Positions 1-8,309 of a stretch of DNA of 64,000 nt are shown here, one piece after another (the stretch's first letter is position 1; the number at the start of each line of letters is the position of its first letter). The DNA is from an uncultured Acidimicrobiaceae bacterium. Lineage in GTDB: Bacteria > Actinomycetota > Acidimicrobiia > Acidimicrobiales > Bog-793. The notes beneath the pieces are model-generated. The model searched no databases. It saw only the letters and a program-made list of their open reading frames with translations, and had not been told where the DNA came from. The position numbers and the translations under genes are program-made. The stretch spans positions 135,037 through 199,036 of the forward strand of contig CAWECD010000020.1 of NCBI GenBank assembly GCA_963807575.1. The letters run 5' to 3'.

Positions 1-8
1 GCATTGTC

Positions 9-794
9 GTGCTCATCGACCTCGCTTTCGGCTTCGGCCTTGCTCTGGCCCCCGGCGGGCGACACGGCGGCAGCGCCGGCATCGTTCCCCATGGGTCTTC
101 TCAGTGGTTCGTGAACGTGTTCTCTGTGCTCGACGTCTCGCGGATTCTCGCCCTGATTCTCGGCGCGATCATCATCACGGGTGAGTACCGGCACAAGACG
201 GTGACCCCGACGTTTCTCGCCGAACCGCGCCGAGGCCGTGTGGTCATGGCCAAGCTGGGGATCGGGTTCGGGGGCGGTCTCGTGCTGGGCGTGCTGACCA
301 TGCTGACGGGGCTCATCCTGGGCTTCGTGCTGGTCGGCATGAAGGTGCATTCCTGCCTGACGCCGGTGGGCGTGAGCCAGGGAATGTCGCAGGCGCTCTG
401 TAGTGTTCAGCACGGCGTCTACTACGTTGCCACGACGCACAACATGTGGCACGACTGGTCGAGGATCGCGCCGGGTGTGATGCTCGGGACGGGCCTTTTC
501 GCGATCTATGGCCTAGGTCTCGGTGCACTGTTGAAGAACCAGATCGTTGCAATCGTTGTGGGCCTGGTCTTCACCCTGGTCGTGGAGGCGATCATCGGGG
601 CCATCTGGCCAACGATCGGCGAGTACCTTCCAGGACAGGCCGCCACAGCACTCGAGGACGCTGCTCGGACGAACTTCGGTGGCGGCACCAGCCAACTGCT
701 GCCTTGGTGGGGTGGTGCCGCAATGCTCCTGATCTACGGCGTCGCGCTCGCGTTCATAGGCACGTTCACGACCTTGCGCTCCGATATCACCTGA
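9..794 (+). CDS. ABC-2 type transporter permease, 5' end probably outside the window
   Basis: Track ORF (GTG at 9; the frame stays open to nt 3). Multi-pass hydrophobic protein with the ITGEYRHKT..TFL..P.R segment typical of ABC-2 permeases. Confidence 0.7.
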   Translation: MLIDLAFGFGLALAPGGRHGGSAGIVPHGSSQWFVNVFSVLDVSRILALILGAIIITGEYRHKTVTPTFLAEPRRGRVVMAKLGIGFGGGLVLGVLTMLTGLILGFVLVGMKVHSCLTPVGVSQGMSQALCSVQHGVYYVATTHNMWHDWSRIAPGVMLGTGLFAIYGLGLGALLKNQIVAIVVGLVFTLVVEAIIGAIWPTIGEYLPGQAATALEDAARTNFGGGTSQLLPWWGGAAMLLIYGVALAFIGTFTTLRSDIT

Positions 795-821
795 CGTTCC
801 GGGGTGCGCAGTGTTGCGCGG

Positions 822-1664
822 TCAGCTGCCCCGAGGGTCCGAGAGGACAACGTCAACCGACCATCGTTCGGGACTGCCTTCCACGGGGTGCCCGTCAGCG
901 GCAGCGACATAGTGGCCGCCCGGCACCGCATTGGGGAACTCGACAGGGTCACCCTTTCGGGGCCTTTCACCCTCGACGATCGTTGTCGAGCCCCCGGACA
1001 GTCGCGCACCGAGCTCGACCAGCTGCTCGACTCCGGCCCGAACGCGCTCCAGATCGCCATCACCCATGCCTGAGACGACGCCCGCCGCCGCCCGCGAGTA
1101 CGGCTCGGAGTACAAGAGGAAGTAGCTTCCGTTCACCAGCCGAGTCCAACCGTGGGCTATCTTGACCGCCAATTCGAAGGTGTTCTCCATATCAGTGTCG
1201 GTCAGGTTCTCATGCTCGAGCCGGTCGACCAGCAGCGCCGAAGCATCGATCAACTGGTCGAACTCAACGTCGATCCCTTGCTTGTTCCATGATCGGCCGA
1301 GGTCGTACCCGAACTGGGCGCGAATCCGGCTGACGATCGTCTCAATGGCCGAATACCCGCGGATCGTCCGCTCTTGGTCTGCTTCGGTCAGTCCCTTCAC
1401 GAAGTCCTCGCACGCGACCGCCAGGGGACGTGTCAACTCGGGTCGCTCGCCTAGCTCTGCCAAGAACGCAAAGCCCGTCCACGCGGCGGCCGCCTCTTGC
1501 ACCGGCGAGTCACCCGTTCCCTCGCCGTGGCCTTTCGAGAACAGCTCTATGGCATTTGCCAGGTGAGTATGGCTCAGGCCCCATATCTTCCGCTGCGGAT
1601 CGCCCTTGGTCCAGCCGAGCTCAGAGCCCATCTGGCCTTGTCCGACAGGACCCGAGCTCGCCAT
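822..1664 (-). CDS. Hypothetical cytosolic protein (about 280 aa), no family recognised
   Basis: Track ORF 822..1727. I place the start at ATG 1664 (MASSGPV) because GAGGAG lies 7 nt upstream. Acidic, no TM segments, lies directly downstream of the AbiE-like pair. Confidence 0.55.
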   Translation of the reverse strand: MASSGPVGQGQMGSELGWTKGDPQRKIWGLSHTHLANAIELFSKGHGEGTGDSPVQEAAAAWTGFAFLAELGERPELTRPLAVACEDFVKGLTEADQERTIRGYSAIETIVSRIRAQFGYDLGRSWNKQGIDVEFDQLIDASALLVDRLEHENLTDTDMENTFELAVKIAHGWTRLVNGSYFLLYSEPYSRAAAGVVSGMGDGDLERVRAGVEQLVELGARLSGGSTTIVEGERPRKGDPVEFPNAVPGGHYVAAADGHPVEGSPERWSVDVVLSDPRGS

Positions 1665-1889
1665 GGCAGGGCTCCTCAGAATCTCGGCAACATCATCGAC
1701 CGCTGAAGAGCGATCGGGGTGTCGCACACACCATGTTCATACAGGAGGCAGAGGAGCAGCTCACTGACAGCACGTCTCCAGGCTAGTTGTGGGGTCGGCG
1801 AAATTGGCAAGAACTTCGAGTGGCCTGCCGAGCTGTGCTCACGGAGCATCATCGGCTCATATGCAAACAGCGTGGCCGCCAACACGGCC

Positions 1890-2519
1890 TCAGGCCGCCG
1901 GCCGTCCGGCCGCGCTCACAAGAATGCGGTCGAGCTCCCTTGAAACCATCGTCCGGAGACGGTCTGCCGGGATGCGATCGACCCACCACCAGTCCTTTGT
2001 CGCGTCGAAACCGTCGGGAAGCTCCAGCTCCGGAAGAGACACAGTGCCGGAACGCGCCGACAGCAGGTAGACAGTGTCGAACAGCGCCTTTTCCGGGGTA
2101 GCGGTGCCAGCCCGTAAGCTCGCGCCACCCTCGGCCCCCCCGTACAGATCGGGGGAGACGTGGTGGATACGGAACTCACCGGCTTCAGTCTTGACACTCC
2201 GAGCCCCGCCGAGCGACACCGCGTACACCGAGCGGGGGATCTGCTCAATCATCCCGTGACCGAATAGGGCGCTCCACAGCGAGACGTAGCTCGGATATGG
2301 CTGCGTGAGTACGGGTAGCACGAGTAGTGGGTCAATTTTTCCGCTGCCGATCTGCCACACGCCGTGGCGTAGCCGCTTCACGAGACCCACCGCCGCCAGC
2401 CTCGTGAGGGCGTGAGTCGTGGCGGAGGGGTCGAGACTCCAAGCGACGGAGGCTTCTCGCGTCGTGACTACCGGCCTTTCGAGTTGTTCGAGTGTCGCGT
2501 ACAACTGTGCCGTCCTCAC
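1890..2519 (-). CDS. AbiEi-like antitoxin / transcriptional regulator (type IV TA, abortive infection)
   Basis: N-terminal winged-HTH-like segment, then YPSYVSLWSALFGHGMIEQIP, which resembles the AbiEi signature (Y.SLESAL..HGL). Its start overlaps the stop of the nucleotidyltransferase gene by 4 nt (2516-2519). Confidence 0.72.
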   Translation of the reverse strand: MRTAQLYATLEQLERPVVTTREASVAWSLDPSATTHALTRLAAVGLVKRLRHGVWQIGSGKIDPLLVLPVLTQPYPSYVSLWSALFGHGMIEQIPRSVYAVSLGGARSVKTEAGEFRIHHVSPDLYGGAEGGASLRAGTATPEKALFDTVYLLSARSGTVSLPELELPDGFDATKDWWWVDRIPADRLRTMVSRELDRILVSAAGRPAA

Positions 2520-3400
2520 TTCTCACCGCCCTGCTTGATCGCGTCGGCCATCTGGTCGAGATGCAGGACCACGGTTTCGCGCATGGACTCCCACATTTCC
2601 TCGGATTCGTAAAGCTCCAGGACGTCTGAGTCCATGAAAGGCAGTACCTCAGACCGGTAGCTCACGTAGGGGATCGAGTACGCCTTTTGAGCTGCTTGCC
2701 TGGCATGTTCGGACTCGATTGGCTTCGAGGACGATTCCGCACGGTGCAGGCGAAACAGCAGCTCTAGGTCGAACACGTCCCGAGCTTTCGTCTCGCTCCG
2801 GAGCGCCAGCGCGGCGACCTTCTGTCGGATGGCGACTGCTACCCCGTAGTGCTGAACCAAAGGTGCACGCTGGCCATATGGTCGTACGATCGTGTCCGGA
2901 ACGTGTTCCAGGACGAACGGTCCTCCGAACTCCGTCCGCGCCGAGAACTCGATTTTCGTGGGGAGCCTGGGTTCGGTATCTCCGACCCGTGCGAGCTGGA
3001 TCTTCCATCTCCTGGTGGTGTCCGCCTGCTTCGGGCGCGTGACGGACATTGCGATGCCGGAACTCCGCATGAGGGAGGCAAGTGCCCTACCGTCGAGAAC
3101 CTTGTCGACAGCTTCGGCGACCCACCAGGCTTCGCGTTCGATGATGTCCAGGTCGAGGTCGTTCGAGTACCGGTCGCTCCCGAAGAAGTACCTGATGTTT
3201 GCCTCTCCCTTCAGGACGAACCAGTCCTGGCGCGATGCAGTCAGGACCTGGAGGAAGAGAAGATGGAAAGACTCGATTGTCTGGGCGTCCGTCTTGGATG
3301 GCACGAGATGACGATGCAGATTATTGACACTGGTATCAATGACATGCACCGCTGATTCCGCGAGAGGACGCGACGAGAATGCCGGGGGGCCGGCCTGCAC
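2516..3400 (-). CDS. AbiEii/AbiGii-family nucleotidyltransferase toxin (DUF1814-like)
   Basis: 294-aa ORF with KGEANIRYFFGSDRYSNDLDLDI, matching the GG.A...Y...R.S.D.D nucleotidyltransferase motif of AbiEii toxins. Translationally coupled to the AbiEi-like ORF. Confidence 0.78.
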   Translation of the reverse strand: MQAGPPAFSSRPLAESAVHVIDTSVNNLHRHLVPSKTDAQTIESFHLLFLQVLTASRQDWFVLKGEANIRYFFGSDRYSNDLDLDIIEREAWWVAEAVDKVLDGRALASLMRSSGIAMSVTRPKQADTTRRWKIQLARVGDTEPRLPTKIEFSARTEFGGPFVLEHVPDTIVRPYGQRAPLVQHYGVAVAIRQKVAALALRSETKARDVFDLELLFRLHRAESSSKPIESEHARQAAQKAYSIPYVSYRSEVLPFMDSDVLELYESEEMWESMRETVVLHLDQMADAIKQGGEK

Positions 3401-3567
3401 CCGGCGCTCCGGCGAGCGCGATCTGAGTATTGGTGCCCCACACTTTCTAAGTCCAAAGCCAACGGGAAACCAACGTTCGCGCGAGAACTCTGGGACGCCT
3501 GCGACAAACGGATCGAACTAGATCAGCCGTTCATGACCGAGGTTGCTCGCTGGTTTCGCCGCTCCCT

Positions 3568-4371
3568 CTAGCGACGGCGGCCGACGACCCATGCCGTCGC
3601 CGCGGCGCCGGTTACGGTCCATGCCGCCAGGACGAGGAACGAGGTTGCCACGTGAGCCGCGATGCCGGAGGTGAGCCCGGCTCGAATGACGACAGCCATG
3701 TTGTAGAAGGGCAAGAAGTAGTGGACGGTGGCGAGCCAGACGGGCAGCTGTGACGCCGGATAGACGATCGGAGAGAACAACAGCACGACGAACATCAGTG
3801 CGTTGGTGACGACATTGGTCACCATGGGGTTGGGGATGGCCAGTGCCAAGCCGTATCCGACTGTGGTCGCCATCAGCGCGCAGACCAGGACGGCGGGAAT
3901 GAGAAGCGGCGAGACCGACAGGTGCACGTCGTAGCGCCACGCAGCCACGAGGAGGGCGAGAACCGAACCAGGGAGCGCGAGGAGGGCATAGAGCACGAAG
4001 GTGGAGGCGGCCTGGGCACTCCTTGGTGCGGGCAGCGACCAGATGTAGTCGAAGGTTCCCTCGAGCTTCTGCTGGGCGACCGTGCCCGGGACCATCACGA
4101 AGCCGAGCGGTATGAGCGCCAGTGTTGGTGCGCCCGTCGTGATGTACAGGGCCCTCATGGCGGTGATGTGCGGGTAGAAGAACCCGTACAGCAGCGCCAT
4201 GCCGGCCCCCATCATGGTCTGGATGACCACCATCATCGCTGCCCATTGGCGCATGCGGCCGTAATCGAAGCGCATCATCGTGACCAGGCTGGCAACCCAG
4301 TAGCCGATCCCAGAGCGCAGCTCTGATTGCGGCAGGTGCCTGGGGCGGCTTGCGAGGACGCCGGCGGTCAT
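3568..4371 (-). CDS. ABC-2 type transporter permease (second of two)
   Basis: The track ORF 3568..5070 is over-extended. ATG at 4371 (MTAGVLASRP) overlaps the TGA of the upstream permease (ATGA, 4368-4371). The remaining 267 aa are a six-TM-like hydrophobic protein paralogous to 4368..5165. Confidence 0.8.
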   Translation of the reverse strand: MTAGVLASRPRHLPQSELRSGIGYWVASLVTMMRFDYGRMRQWAAMMVVIQTMMGAGMALLYGFFYPHITAMRALYITTGAPTLALIPLGFVMVPGTVAQQKLEGTFDYIWSLPAPRSAQAASTFVLYALLALPGSVLALLVAAWRYDVHLSVSPLLIPAVLVCALMATTVGYGLALAIPNPMVTNVVTNALMFVVLLFSPIVYPASQLPVWLATVHYFLPFYNMAVVIRAGLTSGIAAHVATSFLVLAAWTVTGAAATAWVVGRRR

Positions 4372-5165
4372 GGTCGCCGTCCGAGCGCCCGTCCGGCTAG
4401 TGCCGCACAGACGACCGCCCACACACCGAGCACGACGTACGCGGACATCACTGCTGTATGGACGCCCGGTGTGAGCGCTGAGCGCGTGACGACGGCCATG
4501 TGACGGAACGGGAGCCACCAGTTGACAGCACCGAGCCAGCGCGGCATCTGGGAGAGGGGGAACATGACAGGAGCGAAGCCGAAGACGACGAAGACGAGCA
4601 GTTGAGTGATCAGCCTCGTCGCCATCGGGTTGCCGATCGCGTGCCCGATGGCGTAGCCGAGCATCGTGCCGGCGAACGAGGTGAGCAGGACGGCCGGGAC
4701 GATCATCGGTGATACGTGCAGCGGCAGGTCGTAGCGCAGTCGCGCGACGCCGAGAGAGACGATCATCGCCGGCACGCCCCCGATGAGGCAGACCGTGTAC
4801 CACGCGGCGCCGGTCACGGACCGGCTGACTGGCATCGAGCGCAGATACTCGTAGCTCCCGTTGGACTTCTGGTCGGCCACGAGCTGGGGCCCGAGGATCA
4901 TCCCGACCATCAGCAGGTTGATGACGGGCACGCCGGTCGACACGAACAGGGCGGCTGTCATGGGGATGTGGGAGAAGAACAGGGAGATGCCGAGCACGAA
5001 TCCCACGCCCGACAGCAGCTGGACTGCCGTGAGAGTCACGAGCCACATCCGCAAGTCGGCTAGATGCCACCGCACCATCACCGCGTAGTCGTGCAACCAG
5101 TGCTTCGCCCCGCGTTCGACCGTGCCGTGGGGGACGATGACCGAGGCAGGCAGGACCTCAGCCAT
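4368..5165 (-). CDS. ABC-2 type transporter permease (first of two)
   Basis: 265-aa multi-TM ORF. Its start ATG 5165 overlaps the ATPase stop (ATGGCTGA, 5158-5165). Confidence 0.82.
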   Translation of the reverse strand: MAEVLPASVIVPHGTVERGAKHWLHDYAVMVRWHLADLRMWLVTLTAVQLLSGVGFVLGISLFFSHIPMTAALFVSTGVPVINLLMVGMILGPQLVADQKSNGSYEYLRSMPVSRSVTGAAWYTVCLIGGVPAMIVSLGVARLRYDLPLHVSPMIVPAVLLTSFAGTMLGYAIGHAIGNPMATRLITQLLVFVVFGFAPVMFPLSQMPRWLGAVNWWLPFRHMAVVTRSALTPGVHTAVMSAYVVLGVWAVVCAALAGRALGRRP

Positions 5166-6210
5166 CTTCGTCGTCGTCTCCGTCGTCGGACATGTGGGAG
5201 GTGAGCCTGATGTACGCGTCCTCCAGGGTCATCGCACCCAGCGCGTACTCCTCCGCTGAGCCCGCGTTGGTCATCTCTGCCGCCCAGGCGATCGCGACGG
5301 ACGCGTCGGCCTCGGCGATCGTAGTGACGAGGTTGTTGCCGACCCGTACCGCCGGACCGGCCCACGGCGGAAGGGCCGGCGTGGCTCTTCCCGGTGCGAG
5401 CATCAGCTGCAGGCGAAGCTGCGACCGGTCGGCCGTCTTCATCGAGGACGGCGTGCCTTCCGCCAGGAGCCGGCCCTTGTGGATCACTGCCAGGCGGTCG
5501 ACCGACTTCTCGGCCTCGAGCACGTTGTGGGTCACCAGCAGCACGGCGCACCCGTGCGCGCCGAGGGCGCGAATCTCTTCCCATAGAAGACGCCTGCGCA
5601 GCGGGTCTACGTCGTTGGTCGGCTCGTCGAGGATCACGACGCGCCCAGGACGCACAACTGCCATGCAGAACCCGACGAGACGCCTTACACCGCCCGACAA
5701 GCTGCGCCCGAGAGCGTTCTTCCATTCGCCGAGATCGAGGGTGGTGATCAGCGACGCCGTGCGTCCCCGGACGTCGGTCGCGCTGCCGCCCCGAATGCGG
5801 CCGGCCAGCTCGATCGCCTCCGAGACGTGAAACGAGTCGATCGGCATCTGAACTTGCGGCAGGTACGAGCACAGTTGCCGTGCCGCATCAGGATCAGCGA
5901 CGAGGTCGAAGCGACCGAGTGTGATGCGACCGGAGGTCGGCTTCAACAGGCCGATGGTCTGTTTCACGAGCGTGGACTTGCCGGCTCCGTTCGGGCCGAG
6001 AAGTCCGTAGACCTCGCCCGGTTCGACGCGGAGCGTGATGGCGTCGTTGGCGACAACTGCGCCGAACCGCTTTGTGAGACCGTCGACGCGAAACGTCCAG
6101 TCGTCGGACGGCTCCGTTGACGGCGTGGACGAGCCCGTCGGTTCGGACGGTGGTTCGGCTGGCGTTTCGGCAGGCCGTCCGGTCGGCCGTTCGGCAGGCG
6201 GCGGTGACAT
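5158..6210 (-). CDS. ABC transporter ATP-binding protein
   Basis: Walker A GPNGAGKST, signature LSGGVRRL, Walker B VVILDEPT. The track ORF extends to 6510, but ATG 6210 (MSPPPAERP) overlaps the GNAT stop by 1 nt (TGATG), so I take that as the start. Confidence 0.85.
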   Translation of the reverse strand: MSPPPAERPTGRPAETPAEPPSEPTGSSTPSTEPSDDWTFRVDGLTKRFGAVVANDAITLRVEPGEVYGLLGPNGAGKSTLVKQTIGLLKPTSGRITLGRFDLVADPDAARQLCSYLPQVQMPIDSFHVSEAIELAGRIRGGSATDVRGRTASLITTLDLGEWKNALGRSLSGGVRRLVGFCMAVVRPGRVVILDEPTNDVDPLRRRLLWEEIRALGAHGCAVLLVTHNVLEAEKSVDRLAVIHKGRLLAEGTPSSMKTADRSQLRLQLMLAPGRATPALPPWAGPAVRVGNNLVTTIAEADASVAIAWAAEMTNAGSAEEYALGAMTLEDAYIRLTSHMSDDGDDDEDG

Positions 6211-7205
6211 CAGCGCCAGTCGTCGATCACGTAGCAGTTGGGCTTGTCGTAGCCGGGCTCGTTTCCCCGGTGCATCGCGATGCCCTGGAATTGGGCCCGG
6301 AACCCACGTTGCCGAAGTGCGGCGTAGGCCCTTTCCCGTCCGAAGTTGACCCCGGCGGAGAGGACCGAGACACCCGAGGTCGCGGCGAGATCCTGGCACG
6401 CGTCGATGAGCTGGCCGAACGACCGGGCCGCTTTGCGACCGGGCCTTGCCGCCCCGAACTTCACGTAGCACGTGTCGCTGCCGGCCTCGGTTCCGGGACC
6501 GATGTGGCATACCGCCACTGCCTGCAGGCCCGAGGCGTCGGAGATGAGCACCGTCTCGCCGAGATTCTGGTTGAGCACCGCGTCGATCTCCCGCGTGACA
6601 TCCAGGCCGTCGAACACGGCGGAGGTGAGCTCACGGACACTGCTTGTCAGGCCGGCGCGGTCGTGCGACGCGACCTCGGAGAACCGGGTGTAGGCGACCG
6701 CCCGCCCCGGCGCGCCCGCCGGCACCGGTGCGACCACGGGCGCGGCCATCGCGGCGATCAGGTACCGGGGCCAGAACCCGAAGCTCTGGTAGAGGCCGAC
6801 GTGTTTCGGGCTCTCGGCAAAGGTGAGGAGCCCCACGTGGCGCGTCTTCCACGATGCGAATAGGTCCATCGTCGGCTCGAGCAGCTGCTTGGCTATGCCG
6901 CGGTCCCAGCAGTCGGGCCGCACTGTCAAAGGCCCGAAGAAACCAACACTGCCCCAGTTCGTCACGAGATTCGAGCCGACGAGCTCGCCGTCCAGCTCGG
7001 CTGCGAAGGCCGCCGTCGGGTCGGCCCGCCAGCGAGTTCGCACCAAGTCGGTATCGCCGAAGAACCTCTCGGGCTCGGCCGCTCCCGTGAAGGTGCCGAA
7101 CGCAGTGCGAAAGATCAGGTCGGCCTGGTCGAGGTCGCGCTCGACGAGATGTCGGACGACCACGTCGTTGCGTCGGTTTGAAGGTCGTGTCGTCATGGAA
7201 CTCAC
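6210..7205 (-). CDS. GNAT-family N-acetyltransferase (two-domain, about 330 aa)
   Basis: The N-terminal half has a GNAT-like core (ELVGSNLVTNWGSVGFFGPLTVRPDCWDRGIAKQLL). The start is either GTG 7205 or ATG 7196 (AGGTGAG lies 6 nt upstream of the latter). Confidence 0.75.
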   Translation of the reverse strand: MSSMTTRPSNRRNDVVVRHLVERDLDQADLIFRTAFGTFTGAAEPERFFGDTDLVRTRWRADPTAAFAAELDGELVGSNLVTNWGSVGFFGPLTVRPDCWDRGIAKQLLEPTMDLFASWKTRHVGLLTFAESPKHVGLYQSFGFWPRYLIAAMAAPVVAPVPAGAPGRAVAYTRFSEVASHDRAGLTSSVRELTSAVFDGLDVTREIDAVLNQNLGETVLISDASGLQAVAVCHIGPGTEAGSDTCYVKFGAARPGRKAARSFGQLIDACQDLAATSGVSVLSAGVNFGRERAYAALRQRGFRAQFQGIAMHRGNEPGYDKPNCYVIDDWR

Positions 7206-7292
7206 CTGCGATCTCCCACGTGAAGTCGGCCTAGATCCAGCCCGGGGCGTGAAGTCGGCCTCGATCCAGCCCAGGACCGGATGCCCGTCACC

Positions 7293-8309
7293 CTAGGTCC
7301 AGGAGTGCAAGGTCCTCAGATAGTTGACCCGCTCGAACGCGCTCGCGTCGATCGAGTTCGCTTGGGACACCGAGCCGCGTAGCTCAGTGACCGAGGTGTA
7401 CTCGTGTTCGGCCAGCCAGGAGCGCAGCTCGGACTCGACCGAGCTGACGTGCGTCGGGCCGAACTGGAGGATGGCCGATGTCATCATCGCTACGTCCGAG
7501 CCCACTGCGAGAACCTTGACTACGTCGGATCCGGTGTGAACCCCCGACGTGGCGGCCAGCGACACGCCCCGTCCCAGCTGGGGGCGCAAGATGGCGATCC
7601 AGCGCAGCGGCAAGCGCAGCTCCCAGGCCCGGGACAGCTCCACCTTGGGCACGACGTCCATTGTTTCTAGGTCCAAGTCGGGCTGGTAGAAGCGATTGAA
7701 CAGGACCAGTCCCGAGGCGCCGGCCTCCACCACTCTGGAGGCGAAGCCGGCCATGGACGAGTAGTACGGGGAGAGCTTCACCGCAACTGGCAGTGACACG
7801 CTGGCGCACACATTGGCTACCAGTGCCAGGTCCGCGTCCTCCACCTGCGCCGCGGTCAACTGCGGGTCGGTGGGGACCCGGTACACATTCAGCTCGAGGG
7901 CATCCGCGCCAGCCTCGGCGAGAAGCCTCGCGTAGCGCACCCAGCCGCCAGTGGACGAAGCGTTCAGACTTGCGATCACCGGCACCTCTACAGCCTTCTT
8001 GGTCTGCTCGAGCCGTTCCAGGTACTGGTCGGCCGTGCTCGTGAAGCTAGTGACGGCAGGAAAGTAGTCGAGCGCCTCGGCGAAATGCTGACTTCCTGCC
8101 TCGAGAGCAAGTGACAGCCTGACCTCCTCGGCGACGATCTCCTCCTCGAACAGTGACGGCAGGACGAGCGCGCCCACACCTGCGTCGGCGAGCGCCTTGG
8201 CCCCTTTGACGTCTCGTGTGAACGGCCCCGCCGACGCGACGATCGGCGACGACAGCTGGAGACCCAGATAGGACGTCCTCAGGTCCACCGAGTCCGGTGC
8301 GGTCATCAC
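7293..8309 (-). CDS. Dihydroorotate dehydrogenase-like protein (PFOR-associated)
   Basis: 338-aa TIM-barrel-like ORF (LRTSYLGLQLSSPIVASAGP...). The ATGA overlap with the PFOR stop (8306-8309) indicates co-translation with PFOR. Confidence 0.78.
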   Translation of the reverse strand: MMTAPDSVDLRTSYLGLQLSSPIVASAGPFTRDVKGAKALADAGVGALVLPSLFEEEIVAEEVRLSLALEAGSQHFAEALDYFPAVTSFTSTADQYLERLEQTKKAVEVPVIASLNASSTGGWVRYARLLAEAGADALELNVYRVPTDPQLTAAQVEDADLALVANVCASVSLPVAVKLSPYYSSMAGFASRVVEAGASGLVLFNRFYQPDLDLETMDVVPKVELSRAWELRLPLRWIAILRPQLGRGVSLAATSGVHTGSDVVKVLAVGSDVAMMTSAILQFGPTHVSSVESELRSWLAEHEYTSVTELRGSVSQANSIDASAFERVNYLRTLHSWT

